64,000 nt of DNA, taken from positions 12,276 through 76,275 of the IMG/VR virus record IMGVR_UViG_3300025127_000022; one strand, given 5' to 3'. Every line of letters begins with the position of its first letter. The stretch's first letter is position 1. The position numbers were made by a program, and so were the translations under genes. The DNA comes from a virus. Shown piece by piece: positions 43,660-54,544 of this stretch. The notes beneath the pieces are model-generated. The model did no database searches and had not been told where the DNA came from. It worked only from the letters and a program-made list of their open reading frames with translations.

Positions 43660-44424
43660 ATGAACTTAGCAGATAGAATTTTACAAAGTTTCGACCAAAA
43701 GAAAAGTTTGAATCCCGAAATCTGGACCTTAGATAAAAACAAACGTTATCGTCTAAGAAAAGAGGTTCGGGATAAACTTTTGCTTAGTGCTAATGATTTT
43801 TTAGATTTTGTCGATATAGAAAATTTAGATTGTGATACTAACACCCAAGATTGTGATATTGCAGATATAACTATTACTGGAAGTATCTGTAACTATAATT
43901 GGTCCCAGTATTCAGATATAGATTTACATATTCTTTTTGATTTTGAATTAATAGATGAAAATGTAGATTTAGTTAAAAATATATTGAACACTAAAAAAAA
44001 TCTGTGGAACGCTTCACACGATGTCCAAGTTAAAGGATATGAAGTAGAAGTGTACGCGCAAGATGTAGATGAAGTTCACCATTCTAGTGGAGTTTATTCA
44101 GTTCTTTTTGATAAATGGTTAATACCACCTAAAAGAACTAACGTAGATATCGACATGGGTAAAATATTAGAAAAAGCTCAAGGATGGATGGAAATAATAG
44201 ATACCATCCAACACGAAGCGTATCAAAAATCACCAGAAGAAATACTAGATTTAATAGAAAAAATTAAAACTAGATTAAAAAAATTCAGAGCTACTGGGTT
44301 AGAAAAAGGTGGTGAATATTCTTACGAAAATTTAACCTTTAAATTTTTAAGAAGAAGTGGATACATAAAAAAATTATTTGATTTAAAAAATAAAGTGGTA
44401 GATTTAACTCTAAGTTTAGATTAG
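43660..44424 (+). CDS. Pol-beta-superfamily nucleotidyltransferase
   Basis: TGSxxNYNWSxYSDIDLH and EVEVY catalytic pattern; TATTTATA at 43649-43656. Confidence 0.78.
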   Translation: MNLADRILQSFDQKKSLNPEIWTLDKNKRYRLRKEVRDKLLLSANDFLDFVDIENLDCDTNTQDCDIADITITGSICNYNWSQYSDIDLHILFDFELIDENVDLVKNILNTKKNLWNASHDVQVKGYEVEVYAQDVDEVHHSSGVYSVLFDKWLIPPKRTNVDIDMGKILEKAQGWMEIIDTIQHEAYQKSPEEILDLIEKIKTRLKKFRATGLEKGGEYSYENLTFKFLRRSGYIKKLFDLKNKVVDLTLSLD

Positions 44425-44476
44425 AAAGGTTTTTTTTCTACTAGAGTTAATATTTATATAAAAAAATAAACTTATT

Positions 44477-44830
44477 ATGGCAAATTACGCTGGACTATCA
44501 TATGGAGAAGAATTGTACTGTGGAACTGGGATACAACCATTTCTAACAGCTGCTGGTGATTTAACAGGTAAAACTTGTACTTCTATCCGTGCTACTGGTG
44601 CTGTATCTGGTTTAGTTATAAACGGTGCTACAGTTAATATTAGTGACGGTAATTCTTTAGATATTGTTATAAAGAATGTGAGTGGTACACTAACCAACGC
44701 TTGTTTCTTATGTGATTGTAGAACCTGTTTAGACCCAGATGGTAACGCTCAAAGAGCCACATTCAGTGGGCAAACAATAAACCCAGCAAGTCCTTACACT
44801 TTAATAGGTATGGGATTTTTACAAAGTTAA
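44477..44830 (+). CDS. small Cys-containing putative virion protein
   Basis: First gene after the TATTTATA at 44451; CFLCDCRTC. Confidence 0.65.
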   Translation: MANYAGLSYGEELYCGTGIQPFLTAAGDLTGKTCTSIRATGAVSGLVINGATVNISDGNSLDIVIKNVSGTLTNACFLCDCRTCLDPDGNAQRATFSGQTINPASPYTLIGMGFLQS

Positions 44831-44857
44831 ATAAAAAAAGAAATTAAATAACAAAAA

Positions 44858-46369
44858 ATGGCAGATTTAAAACCAGTAGGGAGTGAAAAACTTCCATTAG
44901 ATAAAAAACTCCAAAGAATAATGGAGATAGCTAACTATGGAATGACACCTAAAGTTAAAACCCATAAGACAGCTTCTTTAGAATATACAATTAAAGCAGC
45001 TGATGGTAACAAATATGGTATTGTTAGAGAAAATGCACAATACATGATATTGAAAGAGGGTACTGATGGATACACTTACATGTCAGGAATGAGAAATAAT
45101 TCTAGATATACTTTTAATTCATATTCCGAAGCTCTAAAAAAGCTTAATCTACTTATGAAACCTTTAAATGAAAATTATAATGGTGGAAAACAATTAAATC
45201 TAATTGGTGAACAAGAGGAAGAAGAAACAAAATTTGTACTTAAACAACCAGAATCAGAAGATGCTGGTGAAGAAACTGAAGATTTTGGATTTGACGATGC
45301 TATGGATATGGGTGGTGAAGAAGAAACTACAGACATGGACTTAGATATGGAAGATGATTTAGGTGGTGAAGAGATTGAAGCTGATGTTGATGTTGAAGTT
45401 ACAGATGATGAAGATGCTACAAAAGCCATTCAAAAACTAACTGGTAAATTGGGTCAAAAACTTAGAGACTTACCTGAACCAGAAATGACTGCAGATATCA
45501 TTAAGTATGTTCTTAATTCTGTTATTTCAGCTGTTGATTTAGAAAAGTTAAGTTCTGACGACAAAGACGAAATTGTAGAAAAGTTCGAAGATGAAGATAT
45601 TGAATATACTGAAGAAGGAGAATTTGATGTTGAATTATCTGGTGATGAAGAAATGGATTTAGGTGATAATGATTTAGGTGGTGATGACCTAGATATGGAT
45701 TTAGAAACTGAATTAGCTGAAGGTATGGTTATGGGTGACGACGAAGAAATGGATGAAAATCTAGGAGCGTTAGCAAGAATGGCAGTAGGAGCTGCAGCAG
45801 CAGGGTTTGGTGAAAGAGCCGCAGACAAGGTTTTCAGTGAAGAAGAAGATATGGAAGAAAGTTTTGTTTTAGCAGCAGATGAAGCAAGAGATAAAGGTAA
45901 AAAAGAATTTGAATATCCTAAAGGTAGTGGAAAAATGCATCCAGTAACAATTAAAACTGACATTGATGTTAATGAAGAAGACACAATAAATTTTGCGGGT
46001 GATGAAGAAGACGTAGATGCTGTATCAGCAATCGCTGATGTATTCAACGAGAGTACAGTAAACAGAACTTTATCTAAATACTTTCAGTTAACACCACAAG
46101 AAAAGAAACAACAAAAAATTAAACAACAAAGAAGAATAGAAGAACAAAAAAGAAGAAAAGAAAACTTTTTAAATGAAAGTATAAAACAAGTAAAAAGAAA
46201 AAGACTAGTAGAATCTTCTTTTAGTTCTTACGAACAAGAAAGAACAACTAAACAATTTTTAAGAGAAAACAGAAACTTTAACTTTATTGGAAAAAATAAA
46301 AGAGGTGGTTTAGTTTTTAAAGAAAATAAAAATTTAGTAGAAATAACGACAACAGGAAAAGTTCTTTAA
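44858..46369 (+). CDS. acidic head-associated (core-like) protein
   Basis: D/E/M-rich; many LxE sites; lies in the head module. Confidence 0.65.
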   Translation: MADLKPVGSEKLPLDKKLQRIMEIANYGMTPKVKTHKTASLEYTIKAADGNKYGIVRENAQYMILKEGTDGYTYMSGMRNNSRYTFNSYSEALKKLNLLMKPLNENYNGGKQLNLIGEQEEEETKFVLKQPESEDAGEETEDFGFDDAMDMGGEEETTDMDLDMEDDLGGEEIEADVDVEVTDDEDATKAIQKLTGKLGQKLRDLPEPEMTADIIKYVLNSVISAVDLEKLSSDDKDEIVEKFEDEDIEYTEEGEFDVELSGDEEMDLGDNDLGGDDLDMDLETELAEGMVMGDDEEMDENLGALARMAVGAAAAGFGERAADKVFSEEEDMEESFVLAADEARDKGKKEFEYPKGSGKMHPVTIKTDIDVNEEDTINFAGDEEDVDAVSAIADVFNESTVNRTLSKYFQLTPQEKKQQKIKQQRRIEEQKRRKENFLNESIKQVKRKRLVESSFSSYEQERTTKQFLRENRNFNFIGKNKRGGLVFKENKNLVEITTTGKVL

Positions 46370-46370
46370 A

Positions 46371-46778
46371 ATGAAGTTAGTATACATCAATGGATTAGGT
46401 TCTAATTTCAGAGGTAATTATGTATACGAATTCATCTTTTCTTCTGAACTTGTAGACATATGGGGACCAGACTGGGATTCAACTCCAGCACTCGGAAAAC
46501 CATTACCTCCCGACATTGAGTATATTGAAAAAGTGGGGACACTTTCAAAAGAAGGTCTGGAATTTGAATTAGTTCAAAATTCAGACTATTTTTCATTTAC
46601 TGACTCAATTGATGATGTTATAGCGTTAGGGTGGGAAAAGTACGATGAAGAAGAAGACATAAAAGATACTAGGTTGGTATTTAGGTTTGGAGAAACTATG
46701 GAATCTGTAACAGATAAACTATACTCAAGAGATTTAATTTTAACCTCAAATGAAACAGAAAAACATGAAAAAATTTAG
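46371..46778 (+). CDS. hypothetical protein of the head module
   Basis: 135-aa ORF in operon. Confidence 0.7.
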   Translation: MKLVYINGLGSNFRGNYVYEFIFSSELVDIWGPDWDSTPALGKPLPPDIEYIEKVGTLSKEGLEFELVQNSDYFSFTDSIDDVIALGWEKYDEEEDIKDTRLVFRFGETMESVTDKLYSRDLILTSNETEKHEKI

Positions 46779-48192
46779 TAAAATAGATACATTATCCAAA
46801 CTAGTAAAAGAAGGTTTTAACATTGATACACTTTTAAAGTTTGACAATAATCAACTTCAAGCTCTTAGAGAAAGAGTTTTAAATGAACAAACTACAACAC
46901 AATCGACTACCACAACTTACGATTTAAAAAATCCTGGACAAAAAGAATCATTTATAGATAAAGTTACTTCTGATGTTGATGATTCTGAAAATGTAGATAT
47001 AGACACTACGGGAGACACAGCTAAAGTAACTGAAATGAATGAGGACCAAGAACTTACACCTACAAACACACCAATTCAAAAATATCAAAAAGGTGGTAAA
47101 GAAGTGGAAGTGTTAGAAAAAGAAGATTTAGATGAAGTCATAATGGATATGGGAGCTGGTGATTTTGATGAGACTTCTTTTGAAAATCCAGACGATGGAG
47201 GATTTCATACTTCCCAAGGACCTATGGATTCTTATTACTCAACAGACAATAAAGGAACTTTAATAGGTGCAGGTACAAAACAAAATAAAGGACAATATAG
47301 TGGAAACGCAAAATATTTAGACACACCATCATTCCATAATCCAGACGCTGAAGGTTTTGATTCAGACGGACCAATGGATTCTTATGGTGGAAACGGATGG
47401 GACGAAGAAGGTTTCGCTGGTGAATTAAATGAATTTGCACCAGAACCAAAATACTCATTTATGAATCCTGTCGCAAAGGGACATCAATCCGATGGACCAA
47501 GAGGACACAGTAGTGGTTTACACGAAGATGCTGAACAGGAGTTAGTACGTACCCAAAAAGATAAAGCGGGGTATGATACAGACCAAGACGCACCACAGAA
47601 AGGACCAGATAATGATGATAACTCTGATGATGGTATGGGTATGTTTGAAAGACATATAACAAAAAAAGATTTAATGGAAGTAGCTAAATCTAAATCACAA
47701 TATAATTTTCATAAATTAGTTTTAGCTTGTAAAAAAAGTAAGTATAAAGATTGTGGTGATGGAAGAAACGATAATGCAGTTCTTAAAGCAGCTAAAGAGA
47801 TGTCTTTAGAATCTATAAAGGATTATACTGACACACCTAATCCAGAAAATTTACCCGAAAAAGTTGATGAACAAAAATTAACTGAAAATTGGTTACTAGG
47901 ATTAGTAGAAAAATATGAAAGACCTTCTATGACAAAATCACAATTTTTACAAACTTTAAATGAGATTGCTGTGGAAACACAAGATGTGGAAGTTGTTGAT
48001 AATGACGTTGATGATGCTAAATATGAATTACCAGCTTGGATGGATTTCGATACTTTATTTATGAACGCACCGTCTCCGACAACTAAACCAGCACCAACCA
48101 AGACTCCTTCTCCTACTAAAAGACCAGGTAGAAAGTCACCTTACCAACCTAAACACAAACCAAGACCAAAAGCGAGAAGAGATGAAAAGTAA
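46750..48192 (+). CDS. acidic head-associated protein with internal repeats
   Basis: Three FxNPxxxGxxSxGP repeats; LNE/MNE/LHE sites; Pro-rich tail; likely start 46765. Confidence 0.65.
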   Translation: MKQKNMKKFSKIDTLSKLVKEGFNIDTLLKFDNNQLQALRERVLNEQTTTQSTTTTYDLKNPGQKESFIDKVTSDVDDSENVDIDTTGDTAKVTEMNEDQELTPTNTPIQKYQKGGKEVEVLEKEDLDEVIMDMGAGDFDETSFENPDDGGFHTSQGPMDSYYSTDNKGTLIGAGTKQNKGQYSGNAKYLDTPSFHNPDAEGFDSDGPMDSYGGNGWDEEGFAGELNEFAPEPKYSFMNPVAKGHQSDGPRGHSSGLHEDAEQELVRTQKDKAGYDTDQDAPQKGPDNDDNSDDGMGMFERHITKKDLMEVAKSKSQYNFHKLVLACKKSKYKDCGDGRNDNAVLKAAKEMSLESIKDYTDTPNPENLPEKVDEQKLTENWLLGLVEKYERPSMTKSQFLQTLNEIAVETQDVEVVDNDVDDAKYELPAWMDFDTLFMNAPSPTTKPAPTKTPSPTKRPGRKSPYQPKHKPRPKARRDEK

Positions 48193-49585
48193 AAGAACAT
48201 TAAAAGAATTTAAACGACAGTTATTTGAAGCACCTATTGATTATGGTGATAGACCAGAAAGAATGGACCCTTCCTTACAAAGAAAAATAGAAACTGGAGA
48301 TTTTCCAGGTGCAGATTCTGACGCTTATCCTTCAGTAGACCCTTCAGGTATCCCAAGTAATTTTGAAGAGTTGGTAGCTTCAGAAAGATTTAAATCAGTA
48401 GTAGATAAGGTTAAAAATTACACGGGCTTAAGAAACGTTACCCCACAATCGTTTATGCAATTACAACAAATGTTAATGGGTGCAACACAAAGAATATTAC
48501 AACTAGAATCTCAACACAAACAAGAATTAGAAGAACTCGCTGTAAAAATAGTAAGAGAAGAAATGGCTATTCCACCAGACGCTCTACAGTTTGATGCAAA
48601 AATTGTCGGTATGGGTGAAATTAGTATGGAAGGAATGCAAGGCCAATCTCAAGAACAACAAACTCCACAACAACAAACTCCACAACAACAGATGGACTCT
48701 GAAGAAGAAGCAATGGAAGAGTTTGAGGACTTCGATATAGAAAAACAAAAAAGAAGATTTTTAAATCAATTAATCCAAGGAGCTTCTAAAAAAGGACATT
48801 ATATGTTTCATTTAGTCGAAGAAGAATTAAATAACATTAGTCCTGATTTAATTAATTTATATGGGGTAATGATGTCTATTAATGATTTGGTGTACTGGAT
48901 TATGCCTGACCAAACAACTATGATGATGGCTCAAAGTGGTCAAGGTATGGCTGGTAAAGAAGAAGTAGACCCCGATACAGACCCACCTACTGTTAAAGCT
49001 CAAGGAATAACTTTTCCTGTATTAGTTCACGAATTAGTTAAAGGTGTTATGGAAGTACTTGCCACTCAAGGTTTACCCGACGACCCAAATAAAGCACAAC
49101 GAGTAATGGATTCAGAAGATACATTAGTTGCGGAAGTTTGGGATTTAAGATTAGGTCCAGTGATTTGGGAAAAATTTAGAGAATCTTATCCAGAAGACTT
49201 ACTTCAGGATGATAAAAGAGAAATTCAAAATTACTTATTTAGTGAGTTTGCTAGTATGGAAGCGACTGACATGTTTGCATTAGCTAAGAAAATTTTAAGT
49301 GGTGGTGATGAAGGTAGAAAAGAATTAGAAAGAATCGTTAAAGGAATTATAGCTCAATTAAATGAAGAAGCTTACGAAGACTCTACTGGTGACTATGAAG
49401 ATGATGGTGATACTGCAGTTGCGGGTTCTGATACAGCAGATATACTAGGAACTCTCGATGTACCTAAACCTGACACAGGTCAAGAATATGACGTTGACGA
49501 TATTTTAGATAAAATAGGTAGAAGTGGTATGGCCTCTTTAACTAAAGGTGAATTAGAATTTCTGAGAAATCAATCCAAGTCTTAA
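48182..49585 (+). CDS. structural/packaging-associated protein upstream of terL
   Basis: 467-aa ORF beginning MKSKRTLKE...LFE|A; directly precedes terminase. Confidence 0.65.
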   Translation: MKSKRTLKEFKRQLFEAPIDYGDRPERMDPSLQRKIETGDFPGADSDAYPSVDPSGIPSNFEELVASERFKSVVDKVKNYTGLRNVTPQSFMQLQQMLMGATQRILQLESQHKQELEELAVKIVREEMAIPPDALQFDAKIVGMGEISMEGMQGQSQEQQTPQQQTPQQQMDSEEEAMEEFEDFDIEKQKRRFLNQLIQGASKKGHYMFHLVEEELNNISPDLINLYGVMMSINDLVYWIMPDQTTMMMAQSGQGMAGKEEVDPDTDPPTVKAQGITFPVLVHELVKGVMEVLATQGLPDDPNKAQRVMDSEDTLVAEVWDLRLGPVIWEKFRESYPEDLLQDDKREIQNYLFSEFASMEATDMFALAKKILSGGDEGRKELERIVKGIIAQLNEEAYEDSTGDYEDDGDTAVAGSDTADILGTLDVPKPDTGQEYDVDDILDKIGRSGMASLTKGELEFLRNQSKS

Positions 49586-49613
49586 TAAAGACTAAAATCA
49601 AGTATTTATTGGT

Positions 49614-51338
49614 ATGGGAATGACTAAACAAGAACTCATACAAGAATATGTTAAGTGCCATGGTAACACACCATATGCACTTAAAACTTATTTGCAAACT
49701 TACGATAATACACAACAAAAACATGTACCATTTGAATTGTTTCCAGAACAAAAGGAGATGATAAATGATTTTGAAAATCATGCTGACAATATAGTACTAA
49801 AATATAGACAAGCTGGAGTTTCAACAGCAACAGCTGGATGGATTTCTAAAAAACTACAATTTGCTTCAAAAGAGTCACCAGAAAAAATTCTTATACTTGC
49901 TAATAAATTAGATACTGCCACAGAAATGGCAAACAAGATAAAAGGTTTTTTAAGACAATGGCCTGATTGGATAAATGTAGGATTTGATAAAGACAAAAAT
50001 TCACAAAAACATTACAAACTTAATAATGGGTCTGAGGTAAAAGCAGTTGCGACTTCAGTAGATGCACTTAGAGGTTATACCCCAACCATATTAGTATTTG
50101 ATGAGGCGGCTTATATAGAATCTGGTGCGGATTTATGGGCGGCATGTATGGCGTCTTTAGCTACTGGAGGTAAAGTAGTTGTAATTTCTACACCTAATGG
50201 ATTTGACCAAATATACTATGAAGTTTTTGACCAGTCAGTTAGGGGATTAAATAATTTTAAAATAAGTTATTTAAGTTGGTATCACGACCCTAGATTTACA
50301 CAAGACCTAAGATGGGTCAAAACTAAAGATATTGTACATTTCCTTTTAAATAGAGATGAATATAAGGAAGAAGATATATTAGTAGATATAGATAAAGATA
50401 ACTATCAAACTTATTTAGATAAGGGTTACAAACCATTTTCAGATTGGTTTGAAGCTATGTGTAAAAAATTAAAATTTGATAGACGAAAAATATCACAAGA
50501 GTTAGAGTGTGCTTTTTTAGGTTCTGGAGATAATGTAATTAACAGTACAACCATGGACCAACTACAGGAACATATTTGTGAACCTACAGAAAAATGGGTA
50601 GGTAATGGTTTATGGGTTTGGAAAGAACCAATACCGGGTCACAAATATATTATGGGTATTGATGTTTCTAGAGGTGATAGTGAAGATTCTAGTGGTTTTG
50701 TTATAATAGATTTTGATGACCGAGAAGAAGTTGTAGAATATTTAGGTAAAATCCCTCCTGATATTGTAGCAGATTTAGCTAATAAATGGGCTACAAAATA
50801 CAGTTGTTTTGTTGTTATAGACATTACAGGTGGAATGGGTGTAGCTACCTCTAGAAAAATGTTAGAACTGGGGTATAAAGATTTTTACTACGATGGGGTA
50901 AAACCAGATGAGATGTGGAAATTTAATCCTGACACTAAAACTCCAGGTATAAACTTTAATAGTAAAAGAGCTCAGTTGGTACAAGCTTTAGAAGAACAAT
51001 TAAGAACAGGCTTTAAAATAAGGTCACAAAGATTGATGAATGAATTAAAAACATTTGTTTATATTAATGGTAGACCTGACCACATGAAAGGTCATCATGA
51101 TGATTTAATTATGTCTTTAGCTATGGCACTTTATGTAGCACAAAACTCATTCACACAATTAAAAAAGAATGTAGCTCAAGCAAAAGCAATGATAGATGCG
51201 TGGGTTACAGATGAACGTAAATTTAATACAACCAAGGGAGAACCAGTTTTTAAACCTGGAAAAGTGAGTGGTAGAGCTTTACCACCATCTTCTAATGACC
51301 CTAAAGACTATTTATGGATGTATACAGGATTAAAATAA
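49614..51338 (+). CDS. terL: terminase large subunit (T4 gp17-like)
   Basis: KYRQAGVST (deviant Walker A), VFDEAA, ISTPNG, QELECxF, GIDVSRG and HDDLIMS motifs. Confidence 0.93.
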   Translation: MGMTKQELIQEYVKCHGNTPYALKTYLQTYDNTQQKHVPFELFPEQKEMINDFENHADNIVLKYRQAGVSTATAGWISKKLQFASKESPEKILILANKLDTATEMANKIKGFLRQWPDWINVGFDKDKNSQKHYKLNNGSEVKAVATSVDALRGYTPTILVFDEAAYIESGADLWAACMASLATGGKVVVISTPNGFDQIYYEVFDQSVRGLNNFKISYLSWYHDPRFTQDLRWVKTKDIVHFLLNRDEYKEEDILVDIDKDNYQTYLDKGYKPFSDWFEAMCKKLKFDRRKISQELECAFLGSGDNVINSTTMDQLQEHICEPTEKWVGNGLWVWKEPIPGHKYIMGIDVSRGDSEDSSGFVIIDFDDREEVVEYLGKIPPDIVADLANKWATKYSCFVVIDITGGMGVATSRKMLELGYKDFYYDGVKPDEMWKFNPDTKTPGINFNSKRAQLVQALEEQLRTGFKIRSQRLMNELKTFVYINGRPDHMKGHHDDLIMSLAMALYVAQNSFTQLKKNVAQAKAMIDAWVTDERKFNTTKGEPVFKPGKVSGRALPPSSNDPKDYLWMYTGLK

Positions 51339-51347
51339 AAAACTAAA

Positions 51348-51635
51348 ATGGCAATAATTAAAAAACCTGGATTTGGTTCGGGAGGTAGATACAGAAGTGG
51401 TAAGTTACTAAGACAAGTTTTAGGGACTACAGTATACTCATGGAAACCTACACCACCAGATTATGTGGTTAAAAATAGTGGTACAATAGAATCTTCTCCA
51501 GAGAAGGAATGTTGTGAGATTTGTAATGGACTAACAATAGATAATTGTGTCACATATGTTAATGGTGGAAGTTGTAATGACGGACTAGGTTCCCCACCAA
51601 CAGCCGCTTATGTAAAGTGTGATTATGTTGTTTAA
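51348..51635 (+). CDS. small Cys-rich protein between terL and portal
   Basis: 95-aa ORF, CCEIC plus three more Cys. Confidence 0.6.
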   Translation: MAIIKKPGFGSGGRYRSGKLLRQVLGTTVYSWKPTPPDYVVKNSGTIESSPEKECCEICNGLTIDNCVTYVNGGSCNDGLGSPPTAAYVKCDYVV

Positions 51636-51675
51636 GTGTTGACTAGACCAAAAAATTGTGTAAAATTATAAAGTT

Positions 51676-53499
51676 ATGGCAGAACAAAATAGAATGACAA
51701 TTTTCCAAAGGTTAAATAACCTTTTCGGTGCGGAGGGACCTTCAGCACCTAAACGTACCTATAACTTCGATAAGAAAGATATATTAAGAACTACTTCTAA
51801 AGTAGATTATGAAAGAACAAAGTTAGAATTACAACAAGGGCAATATCTTGCCAACCAATGGCAAAAAATAGAATCACAACTATATTCTCAGGCAGTATAC
51901 TATGAACCTACGAGACTAGCTTCATATTATGATTATGAATCTATGGAATTTACTCCTGAAATATCAGCAGCTTTAGATATAGTATCAGAAGAAGCTTGTA
52001 CTATATCAGAACGAGGATATATGTTAAACATTTATTCGGAATCAAAAAGAATTAAAGCGGTTTTAGGAGATTTGTTTAATAATATTTTGGACATAGAATC
52101 TAATTTACCTATGTGGGTTAGAAACACTTGTAAATACGGTGATAACTTTGTTTATCTCAAAATTGACCCAGAAAAAGGTATAGTAGGAGCAAGTCAATTA
52201 CCTAACATTGAAATAGAAAGAATCGAAAAGGGTATGAACACCTATGAAAGTAGGACTGGTGATAAGGAAGAACGAGAGGTTAAATTTATATGGAAAAATA
52301 AAAATATGGAATTTAACACTTGGGAAGTAGCACATTTCAGATTATTAGCTGATGATAGAAGATTACCTTATGGTACATCTATGTTAGAAAAATCTAGACG
52401 TATATGGAAACAACTTTTATTAGCAGAAGACGCGATGTTAATTTATAGAACTTCTAGAGCACCAGAACGTAGAGTTTTTAAAGTTTATGTTGGTAATATG
52501 GAAGACCAGGATGTGGAAGCTTACGTACAGAGAGTCGCTAATAAATTTAAAAGAGACCCAATCGTAGATAAGGAAACTGGAAATGTTGATTTACGTTATA
52601 ATCAAATGGCTGTGGACCAAGACTTTTTTATTCCAGTTAGAGACTTATCCGCTCCCAATCCAATTGAAACTCTACCTGGAGCAACTAACTTAGCAGAAAT
52701 TGCTGATATAGAATATATACAAAAGAAGTTATTAGCTGCACTAAGAATCCCTAAAGCATTTTTAGGATTTGAAGATGTTGTGGGGGAAGGTAAAAATTTA
52801 GCCATCCAAGACATTAGATTTGCTAGAATGATTAATAGAGTTCAAAAATCTATCATTCAAGAATTAAATAAAATAGCTATCATACATCTTTATATGTTGG
52901 GATTTGAAGAAGAACTGGGTAACTTTACTTTAGGTTTAACCAACCCTTCTACTCAATCTGAACTACTTAAAATCGAACAATGGAAAGAAAAAATTACTTT
53001 ATACAAAGATGCAGTTACCGACCCAGGTTCTGGTATTCAAGCGGTATCCGCTACATGGGGTAAAAAACATATTCTTGGTTTCTCAGATGAAGAAATTAAA
53101 CTTGATTTACAACAACAACGTATAGAAAAAGCAGTCGGTGAAGAATTAAATCAAACCGCTACTATTATTAAAAACACTGGAATATTCTCTAATATTGATA
53201 AACTATATGGGGAAATGAAACCTGATGAAGGTGGAGCTGAAGAAGCTGCTGCAGGAGGTGAAGTAGAATCACCAGCAGATACAGGATTAGAAGGGGGAGT
53301 TGAAGAAACACCACCTGCAGATACTGGGGGAGATGAAGGTGACGCTGGTGGTGGACTAGAGTTAGCATCTATAGATAAGTCCAAACTACCTTTAATATTA
53401 GAAGGTTTAGATAATAACAATTTTGAGGTTAATCTTAGTAGAGGTAAAGATAAATTAGAAGAGGTTTCTAAAAAGGTAGATAGTTTATTAAGTGAATAG
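51676..53499 (+). CDS. portal protein (T4 gp20-like)
   Basis: YESME..PEI..ALD, EDAMLIYRxxRAPERRVF, DFFIPVR, IETLPG and ALRIPK motifs. Confidence 0.93.
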   Translation: MAEQNRMTIFQRLNNLFGAEGPSAPKRTYNFDKKDILRTTSKVDYERTKLELQQGQYLANQWQKIESQLYSQAVYYEPTRLASYYDYESMEFTPEISAALDIVSEEACTISERGYMLNIYSESKRIKAVLGDLFNNILDIESNLPMWVRNTCKYGDNFVYLKIDPEKGIVGASQLPNIEIERIEKGMNTYESRTGDKEEREVKFIWKNKNMEFNTWEVAHFRLLADDRRLPYGTSMLEKSRRIWKQLLLAEDAMLIYRTSRAPERRVFKVYVGNMEDQDVEAYVQRVANKFKRDPIVDKETGNVDLRYNQMAVDQDFFIPVRDLSAPNPIETLPGATNLAEIADIEYIQKKLLAALRIPKAFLGFEDVVGEGKNLAIQDIRFARMINRVQKSIIQELNKIAIIHLYMLGFEEELGNFTLGLTNPSTQSELLKIEQWKEKITLYKDAVTDPGSGIQAVSATWGKKHILGFSDEEIKLDLQQQRIEKAVGEELNQTATIIKNTGIFSNIDKLYGEMKPDEGGAEEAAAGGEVESPADTGLEGGVEETPPADTGGDEGDAGGGLELASIDKSKLPLILEGLDNNNFEVNLSRGKDKLEEVSKKVDSLLSE

Positions 53500-53523
53500 A
53501 TATTTATTGTTAAAGACAATAGT

Positions 53524-54252
53524 ATGTTCGGAAAAACAAAAAATAAAATAGACAGTATTTTAGTTAATACTTTTTCAGAAAAACCTAAATTTAAAAAGGC
53601 TTTTCATACCCTTATGGAAAGTTTAAAGGACAATCCAACTAATAGAGAATTCTTTGTACTTTACTCTCAAATAGAAAATAAATCTTTTAACTCACGTAAT
53701 GATGCCGAAGAGTATTTAAATGAGTCAATAAAAACTTTAAAATCTAAAAAAAATAAAGTTAATCTAAAAAGAATTAATAATTCAATACATAAGTACAAAA
53801 CTTATACTGACAAAAAATCAAATCAACTTTATGAAAGTCTAGATACTCTAGTTTTTAACGAAAACGTTTTAGACATTGAAAAAAGAATCGAAGCTAAAAA
53901 ATTAATACTTAAAAAATTACAGTCTAAAAAATCCATTTCTATGTCAGAAAACAAAGTACCTAACTCATTATTAATTAATCTTTCAACTAAACAATTCAAT
54001 AAAAAATATAAAAATTTAAGTGAAAGTGACAGGAAACAATTTAAAACACTAATGAATAAAGATATGAATTCTTTAGAAAAAGAAATTGATTCACTGGTTG
54101 AGGAGGTTACGGATAAATTAGATACATTGATTAGTGAAACCTCGGATTCTAATTTATTGAAAAAACTGAGTGAAACGAAAGAAAAAATTAATGAAACTAA
54201 AATAAATAAAATCTCTTTTTATAAAATAAAAGAACTAAATAAAACACTTTAA
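53524..54252 (+). CDS. head-module hypothetical protein
   Basis: TATTTATT at 53501; Lys-rich helical ORF. Confidence 0.7.
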   Translation: MFGKTKNKIDSILVNTFSEKPKFKKAFHTLMESLKDNPTNREFFVLYSQIENKSFNSRNDAEEYLNESIKTLKSKKNKVNLKRINNSIHKYKTYTDKKSNQLYESLDTLVFNENVLDIEKRIEAKKLILKKLQSKKSISMSENKVPNSLLINLSTKQFNKKYKNLSESDRKQFKTLMNKDMNSLEKEIDSLVEEVTDKLDTLISETSDSNLLKKLSETKEKINETKINKISFYKIKELNKTL

Positions 54253-54253
54253 A

Positions 54254-54544
54254 ATGAATTTTATACAAAATATGTTAAGTAGTGAGGGTAAAATCTCTAG
54301 TAAGAGATTTGTTACTTTTACTTGTCTATTGTTTATGTTAATAGGATATACCGCAAATCTGTTCTGGGACTTCGATGTTAAGGACTCATTATTCGAGGCT
54401 TTACAATGGATTGTGATGGCTGGTTTAGGTTTTACTGCTTCAGAAAACTTTGCAGGTAAGAAAGAAGAACCTAAGGAAGAGGTTTCACCTTCACACACAA
54501 CTATCACTCATGAATATGATTATGGTGACGAAGAGGAAGTCTAA
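54254..54544 (+). CDS. two-TM membrane protein (holin-like)
   Basis: SSKRFVTF followed by two TM segments and an acidic tail. Confidence 0.5.
   Translation: MNFIQNMLSSEGKISSKRFVTFTCLLFMLIGYTANLFWDFDVKDSLFEALQWIVMAGLGFTASENFAGKKEEPKEEVSPSHTTITHEYDYGDEEEV

Noticed and set aside
45175-46047. Long Ser-rich minus-strand ORFs (also 33391..33852, 53151..53519, 55879..56367)
   Set aside because: Antisense shadows of GAA/GAT-rich acidic genes.
49614-51338. Inactive terminase (no GKT lysine) or intein/intron in terL
   Set aside because: KxRQxGxST is a known deviant Walker A of terminases; the ORF is continuous with no intein or homing-endonuclease motifs.
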